Shown: positions 59,392 to 64,000 of the stretch, piece by piece
Position numbering within the stretch: position 1 is the stretch's first letter
Layout of the letters: each line of letters begins with the position of its first letter
DNA from: Trueperaceae bacterium
GTDB lineage: Bacteria; Deinococcota; Deinococci; Deinococcales; Trueperaceae
DNA: 64,000 bases
Assembly: GCA_965213925.1 (NCBI GenBank)
Contig: OZ243927.1
Span: 32,001-96,000 of the forward strand
Reading direction: 5' to 3'
The notes under the pieces: generated by a model
Told to the model about the DNA's origin: nothing
Database searches by the model: none
The model's input: only the letters and a program-made list of their open reading frames with translations
Position numbers and translations under genes: made by a program

Positions 59392-59622
59392 AGTGTCACT
59401 CTATCACCCACACGCTGTATCGTAATCCTGCTCTCATGGACCAACTCTCATAACAATTGTCTATTGACTAGCCTAGGCGCAACACTTGCCCCTCTTTGCG
59501 GTCTATACTCTAATGTAGCACCACAAGGCTACCGCTATGTGATCATTTTACAACGACCCCCATGAGATAGATACTTCACAAAGCGTGTGCAACCTCAGTG
59601 CATATAGAATCTAGTCGTTGAC

Positions 59623-59660
59623 GTGGGGTCTATAATGTGGGGCCTATGACATGGGGCCTA
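59623..59660. repeat. Three 14-bp-period direct repeats in divergent intergenic region
   Basis: GTGGGGTCTATAAT GTGGGGCCTATGAC ATGGGGCCTA. Confidence 0.7.
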
Positions 59661-59772
59661 GCTCATCCAATTTGCTACACTGTTAAGAGGTGCGGCTCAG
59701 CGCCTCTCTCGAGACGAAATGTGCAAACACTATGACGCCGTTGCCAACGGTTGAACTGAAGGGACTGTAAAG

Positions 59773-60759
59773 ATGGAAAGACGTGACGAAGCAGATCGCG
59801 CAGCGCAGAGGAGCGCGCGCCCTTGGCGTTTAAGCGCACGCTGGTTCGCTGTCAGCTTAGCCCTGAGCATGGCGGTTGCGTTCGCACAGATCAGTGCGCC
59901 GCTGTCGCAAGAGGCGCGCGCCGCGCTAGACCGCGCTCAAGCGACTGCCGCCGAAGCGCTGCAGACGTACGAGACGTACCGCCCCGACCAGCCGCTCTTT
60001 CAGGAGGCGGTGCGCTACGGACGCGAGGCGGCGCAGCTCGCGCCCGGCAGTCCCGAACCGCTCCGCTTTTTGGCGGAGGTCTACAGCGTGACGAACTTTT
60101 ACGGTCCGGCCTTCCGAAACTGGCAGGCGTACCTAGACGCAGGCGGCACGCTGACGCGCGACATGAGGGAGCAAGCCGTCGAGGTCGGCACGGAACTCGC
60201 GTACGAGCGCTATAACCGAGACGACAAAGAGGAGGCGCTACGCCTCTACCAAGAGGTCATCGACCTCGTACCTGACAACCCCGAGGCGTACGTGTGGGCA
60301 GGGCGCATCCTTTTGGAGACGGACCGCCCCGATGAGGCCATCGCCTACTGGCAAGAGGTCGCCGACCTTAAACCCGGCGACGAGAGCGCCGAATACTTCT
60401 TAGGTCTGGCACAGGAGAGGGCGCGTTACGGCACCGAAGCGGTGACGGCGTTTAGAGAAGGGGTCAGGCTTTACGAAGCGGGCGACCGGCGCGCGGCGCG
60501 CGAGCAGTTCGCGCGGGCGACGAGCTTTAATGACCGCTACCCGGCGGCTTGGGCTTATCTAGGGCGCACCGCCTTCGAGACCGGGAACTATACCGCCGCC
60601 GAGACCTTCTACCAGAACGCCTCACAGCTCGCGCCAAATAACCAGACCTACCGCTACTTCTATGAGGAGTCGCAGCGGCGGCAGGGCGAGCAAGCGGAGT
60701 CTGAAGACGAGCAGGATGCTCAGGGCGAGCGTCCGTTCAGAGAAGAGAGCGGGAATTAG
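59773..60759 (+). CDS. Exported tetratricopeptide-repeat protein
   Basis: Signal-peptide-like segment and several TPR units (ALRLYQEVIDLVPDNPEAY). Confidence 0.85.
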   Translation: MERRDEADRAAQRSARPWRLSARWFAVSLALSMAVAFAQISAPLSQEARAALDRAQATAAEALQTYETYRPDQPLFQEAVRYGREAAQLAPGSPEPLRFLAEVYSVTNFYGPAFRNWQAYLDAGGTLTRDMREQAVEVGTELAYERYNRDDKEEALRLYQEVIDLVPDNPEAYVWAGRILLETDRPDEAIAYWQEVADLKPGDESAEYFLGLAQERARYGTEAVTAFREGVRLYEAGDRRAAREQFARATSFNDRYPAAWAYLGRTAFETGNYTAAETFYQNASQLAPNNQTYRYFYEESQRRQGEQAESEDEQDAQGERPFREESGN

Positions 60760-60832
60760 GTCGAGGCTCGAGCTTAGACGCGGAGTAGGGACGGTTCATG
60801 AATCGTCCCTGTCTTTTGCCAGCTTCTACACA

Positions 60833-61412
60833 CTACTGTCGGCTCTCCTCGAACCAGACATTAAGCCGCTCACCCTCGAGCCCGTACTCCCGCATCCGGT
60901 AGTACGCGAGAAAGCGCGGCAAGACCAGGTGCCTGCGCCGCTTGCCCACGCGGATGAGGAGCGCGTCCCCCATCTGCTCCACCTCGGGGGTGTCTTCTTC
61001 GACCCGCCCCACGCCCTGCCACTTAAAGACGGTCAGCAGAAGCTCTCTGACGCTGCCGTGATGCTTTCTCATCGAGTAGTATAGCAAGTATCATTTGGTT
61101 TGAGACGCTCTCACGATGTAGAACACCGTGCAGCACGCACATTTGAGAATGATACTTGCGCTATTCCAATCAGTACTTATGTTAATTGCTATACACGTCG
61201 AGTTCTTGGGCGAAGAGGTTCGGCTGCACCTCTTCGGGCTCGGGACCGAGCGGTCTCGCTAGGGCGTCGGCTAGGCTGTGTGCGGGGTCCACGGACAAGA
61301 CGAGGGTCTTGTAGCCCTGCTGCGCGGCTCTTAGCGCGGTGGCGGCGGCAACCGTCGTCTTGCCTACGCCCCCTTTACCCGTGAAGAGGAGTAGCCGGGT
61401 GCGCTCAGCCAT
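60833..61412 (-). pseudogene. ArsA/Get3-like ATPase, only N- and C-terminal fragments remain
   Basis: 61182-61412 [22 protein letters not shown]; 60833-~61000 QMGDALLIRVGKRRRHLVLPRFLA (HSP20-like tail). Confidence 0.75.
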
Positions 61413-61543
61413 GACGAAACCTAAGCAGCCTCTGTAAAACGGGCAAGAAAGGCTCGAGTTTCGCAGAAACAGTCTGAAGTTCCCACCGCTTCACGAATAC
61501 ACTGAGCAGGTGGCTAAATGCTCTATCAGTTACAAAATAAGTG

Positions 61544-61673
61544 ATGTCATTCTGAACCCTACAGCGAGCTATAGGATAGACTCCACGAAGTGGAGTGAAA
61601 GAATCTCGTCTAGCAATCTCGCTTAGCTGAGAATGCAAAACGAGACCCTCACGCCTCCGGCTCAGGGTGACAT
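61544..61673. repeat. Palindromic REP/MITE-like element with GTCA(T/C)-CTGA ends
   Basis: Ends ATGTCATTCTGA / TCAGGGTGACAT; internal CTCCAC-GAA-GTGGAG hairpin. Confidence 0.55.
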
Positions 61674-61788
61674 TCGCGTTGCAAAACTTGACCGATAGTG
61701 TACCAAACTGGTTCAAGAGATAATAACGCAACACACGACCAGTGTGGGACCAAAAGGCGGCGCTGACTGGGGACGGCTTTACACTCGT

Positions 61789-62937
61789 TTACTTTTGTGA
61801 CAGCGCCTCTAGGATCGCCTTTTCGAACGCGCGGGGGGCGGTGCCCACCGCGAACGCTTCGGCTCTCGCCGGACCGAGGCTGCTCAGCGCCTTCATCCGC
61901 TCGGGGTTACAGAGGAGCGCGTGGACGCCCTGCGCTAGCGCGTCCGGGTTGTCGCTCTCGACGAGCACGCCGTAGCGTCCTCCTTGCAAGACCTCGGCGG
62001 GACCGCTCGGGCAGTCGGTGGCGACCACGGGCGTGCCTACCGCCAACGCTTCAGCGATGACGCGGCAAAAGCCCTCGTAGCGCGAACTCGAGACGAACAG
62101 CTCCGCCCCGCGAAGCCAGGGATAGGGGTTGTCGATAAAGCCCGGCATGAGGACGTGGTCTCGGACGCCGAGCTGCGCGGCGAGTCTCTCCAGGCGCGTT
62201 CTATGCACCCCGTCTCCTAAGATGACGAGCGTGTGCCCAAAGCCCTGCTTCCTAAGCGCCGCGTACGCGCGGATCAGGAGGTCGAAGCCCTTCTGGTGGC
62301 TGAGCCGACCGGCCGCGATGATATAAGGCTGCGGCGGCAAGGTCGCGCCTCGCCGCGACGCCGCCCTGATCTGCTCGACCTCGATGAGGTTATATGCCGT
62401 CGTCGTCCGCCGCTTTAGGGCGGGCACGAGTTTCTGCAGGCTCTCCCGAACGCCGTCAGATACGGCGACCGCGCCCGTAAGGTGAGGATAGAGCCAACTG
62501 ACGAGCGTACGGTGAGCGCTCGGCATCTGCCCCAAGTGGTCGGGGAGCGAGTTCTGAATCAGACCTAAGACGGGCTTGCGGGCGAGTTTCGCCGCGAGGA
62601 TCGCGAAGTACGTCGAGGACGCCTCTTGCGCGCCGACGACGACGTCCGCTCGCCGCGTCGCTCTAAAGAGTTGACGCAACCATAAGGGCGAGTAGTGCGG
62701 CCACGTGCGGTAAGGTGCTAAGCCGTGAACCACCCTAACGCCGTCTAGGAGAGGCTGCCAGTAACCCGGCTCGTTAGGGTGTTCTGCCAGAAATAAGACG
62801 GGCTCGAAGCGCTCTTTCTCGAGGTGCCTCATGATGCTGAGTACGCTCAGCACCGCGCCATTCTTGTTGAGCTTGGTCAGCACAAAAAGAACGCGCACCT
62901 TCCTTGCGGGCGCTGACGGGGGTAAGGTCTCGAGCAC
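61789..62937 (-). CDS. GT4 glycosyltransferase
   Basis: AVSDGV, AAGRLSHQKGFD, SSRYEGF, EALAVGTPVVATDCPSGP. Confidence 0.92.
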   Translation of the reverse strand: MLETLPPSAPARKVRVLFVLTKLNKNGAVLSVLSIMRHLEKERFEPVLFLAEHPNEPGYWQPLLDGVRVVHGLAPYRTWPHYSPLWLRQLFRATRRADVVVGAQEASSTYFAILAAKLARKPVLGLIQNSLPDHLGQMPSAHRTLVSWLYPHLTGAVAVSDGVRESLQKLVPALKRRTTTAYNLIEVEQIRAASRRGATLPPQPYIIAAGRLSHQKGFDLLIRAYAALRKQGFGHTLVILGDGVHRTRLERLAAQLGVRDHVLMPGFIDNPYPWLRGAELFVSSSRYEGFCRVIAEALAVGTPVVATDCPSGPAEVLQGGRYGVLVESDNPDALAQGVHALLCNPERMKALSSLGPARAEAFAVGTAPRAFEKAILEALSQK

Positions 62938-63167
62938 GCGGTTAGCTGCGCCGTGACCCGGCGGTAGGATGAATAAAAATCAGCTCAGTCACAATTGGAT
63001 AGGTCATTTAGATAGGCCATTTGAAGAGGTCGTTAAAGTAATCGCGCCACAACACGCTGAAGCGTTGCGCGACGACTTGCGGGTAGGCTAGCAGAGCGAA
63101 TCGTTGGAAGGGTGAGCGGAAGAGGTTCCCGCGCACGTACCGTTCAAACGCGAGTATACCAGTGAAA

Positions 63168-63217
63168 GATACCTGCTAGAGGTGCATATGCCCTCTCTTC
63201 TATCTCTAGCAGGTATC
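63168..63217. repeat. 14-bp inverted repeat in intergenic region
   Basis: GATACCTGCTAGAG / CTCTAGCAGGTATC. Confidence 0.7.
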
Positions 63218-63411
63218 ATCTGGTCAGAGACACTCTCACTTTGTAAAATGATGTCTAACACGCACTTTAAGGGATGATGCCTGCGCTCAACTGTCTCAGT
63301 ATGTCATGGGACTGCTATCTACACGCTAACCCATCCCTTTTCGGTACGTCAGCCCGCTCATGGTAGCCCTCTGCGCGTTTTAGCGTGCAGGACGCGGTAT
63401 AATCTTCCTTT

Positions 63412-64000
63412 GTGAATGTGAGCGCTGCAACTCTCCAAAAGCTTGACTTTCCTCGCGTGCGAAGGGCGCTAGCGGACCGCGCTGCGTCGTCTCTGGGTGT
63501 GGAGCGGGCGCTCAGGCTCGAGCCAACTTTAGACCGCGCCGACACCGAACGCGCCTGGGCGCGGCTCGGCGAAGCGGTCAGCGGCACCGACCTCTCGCTG
63601 GGCGGCGTCCACGACGTGCGTCCACTGACCGATAAGGTCAAAGACGGGCGCGTCTTAGAAGGCTTGGAGATTTTAGAGATCGCCTATACGATGGACGCCG
63701 CCGGCACCATCAAGCGCGCGATTCTCACCTCGGAGCGTCCGGCGCTCTCCGAACTCGCTGAAGGGCTCGGCTCCTTCGACGGCGCACTCAGACTTGTGCG
63801 CGAACAGCTCGACACCGACGGCAGCGTCCGCGACGACGCTACACCCAAACTCCGCGACATCCGCCGCCGCTTGAATCCGCTGCGAGGGCGCATCCGCAGC
63901 AAGCTCCAAGAGCTTTTGCAGCGCTACGCCGACAGCGTGCAAGACGCGATCATCACCCTGCGCCGCGACCGCTACGTGATTCCGGTTAAGGCGAGCGCGC
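63412..64000 (+). CDS. mutS2: MutS2 (5' part; runs off window)
   Basis: Manual translation MNVSAATLQKLDFPRVRRALADRAASSLG...VRDDATPKLRDIRR...TLRRDRYVIPVKAS; TATAAT just upstream. Confidence 0.88.
   Translation, partial: MNVSAATLQKLDFPRVRRALADRAASSLGVERALRLEPTLDRADTERAWARLGEAVSGTDLSLGGVHDVRPLTDKVKDGRVLEGLEILEIAYTMDAAGTIKRAILTSERPALSELAEGLGSFDGALRLVREQLDTDGSVRDDATPKLRDIRRRLNPLRGRIRSKLQELLQRYADSVQDAIITLRRDRYVIPVKASA

Noticed and set aside
61405..61734. 109-aa hypothetical CDS
   Set aside because: Largely made of a palindromic repeat and AT-rich filler; no recognisable motifs.

Overview
High-GC bacterial chromosome segment. The S12/S7 sequences, pervasive leaderless-type starts and gene content suggest Deinococcota (Trueperaceae-like; inference). 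Left to right: the end of the str operon (rpsL-rpsG-fusA); a small AT-richer mosaic of broken toxin-antitoxin genes; nucleoside ABC permeases, a Ser/Thr kinase and DUF58/MoxR; tRNA-Lys/Glu/Val; and a 9.5-kb element integrated in tRNA-Val (68-bp att repeats). The element encodes a rolling-circle HUH Rep, repressor, Xis and tyrosine integrase and carries a tightly coupled six-gene cargo operon (DUF6932-like nucleotidyltransferase, HTH-ImmA/IrrE peptidase fusion, extended DUF4186, radical SAM, ASCH, P-loop nucleotide kinase), the best candidate here for an undescribed defence or nucleotide-modification system. Next come remnants of a second island (HTH/RelE/HicB, integrase relic); a polyol ABC operon; araABD with LacI and a galactan/arabinogalactan uptake locus; a Ca/Na antiporter; five TerD-family genes with the Ter-associated biosynthetic operon; acyl-CoA ligase; glycosyltransferases; a split ArsA pseudogene; and the start of mutS2. 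No CRISPR array or rRNA was seen. Family names come from motif recognition by eye, not database searches.
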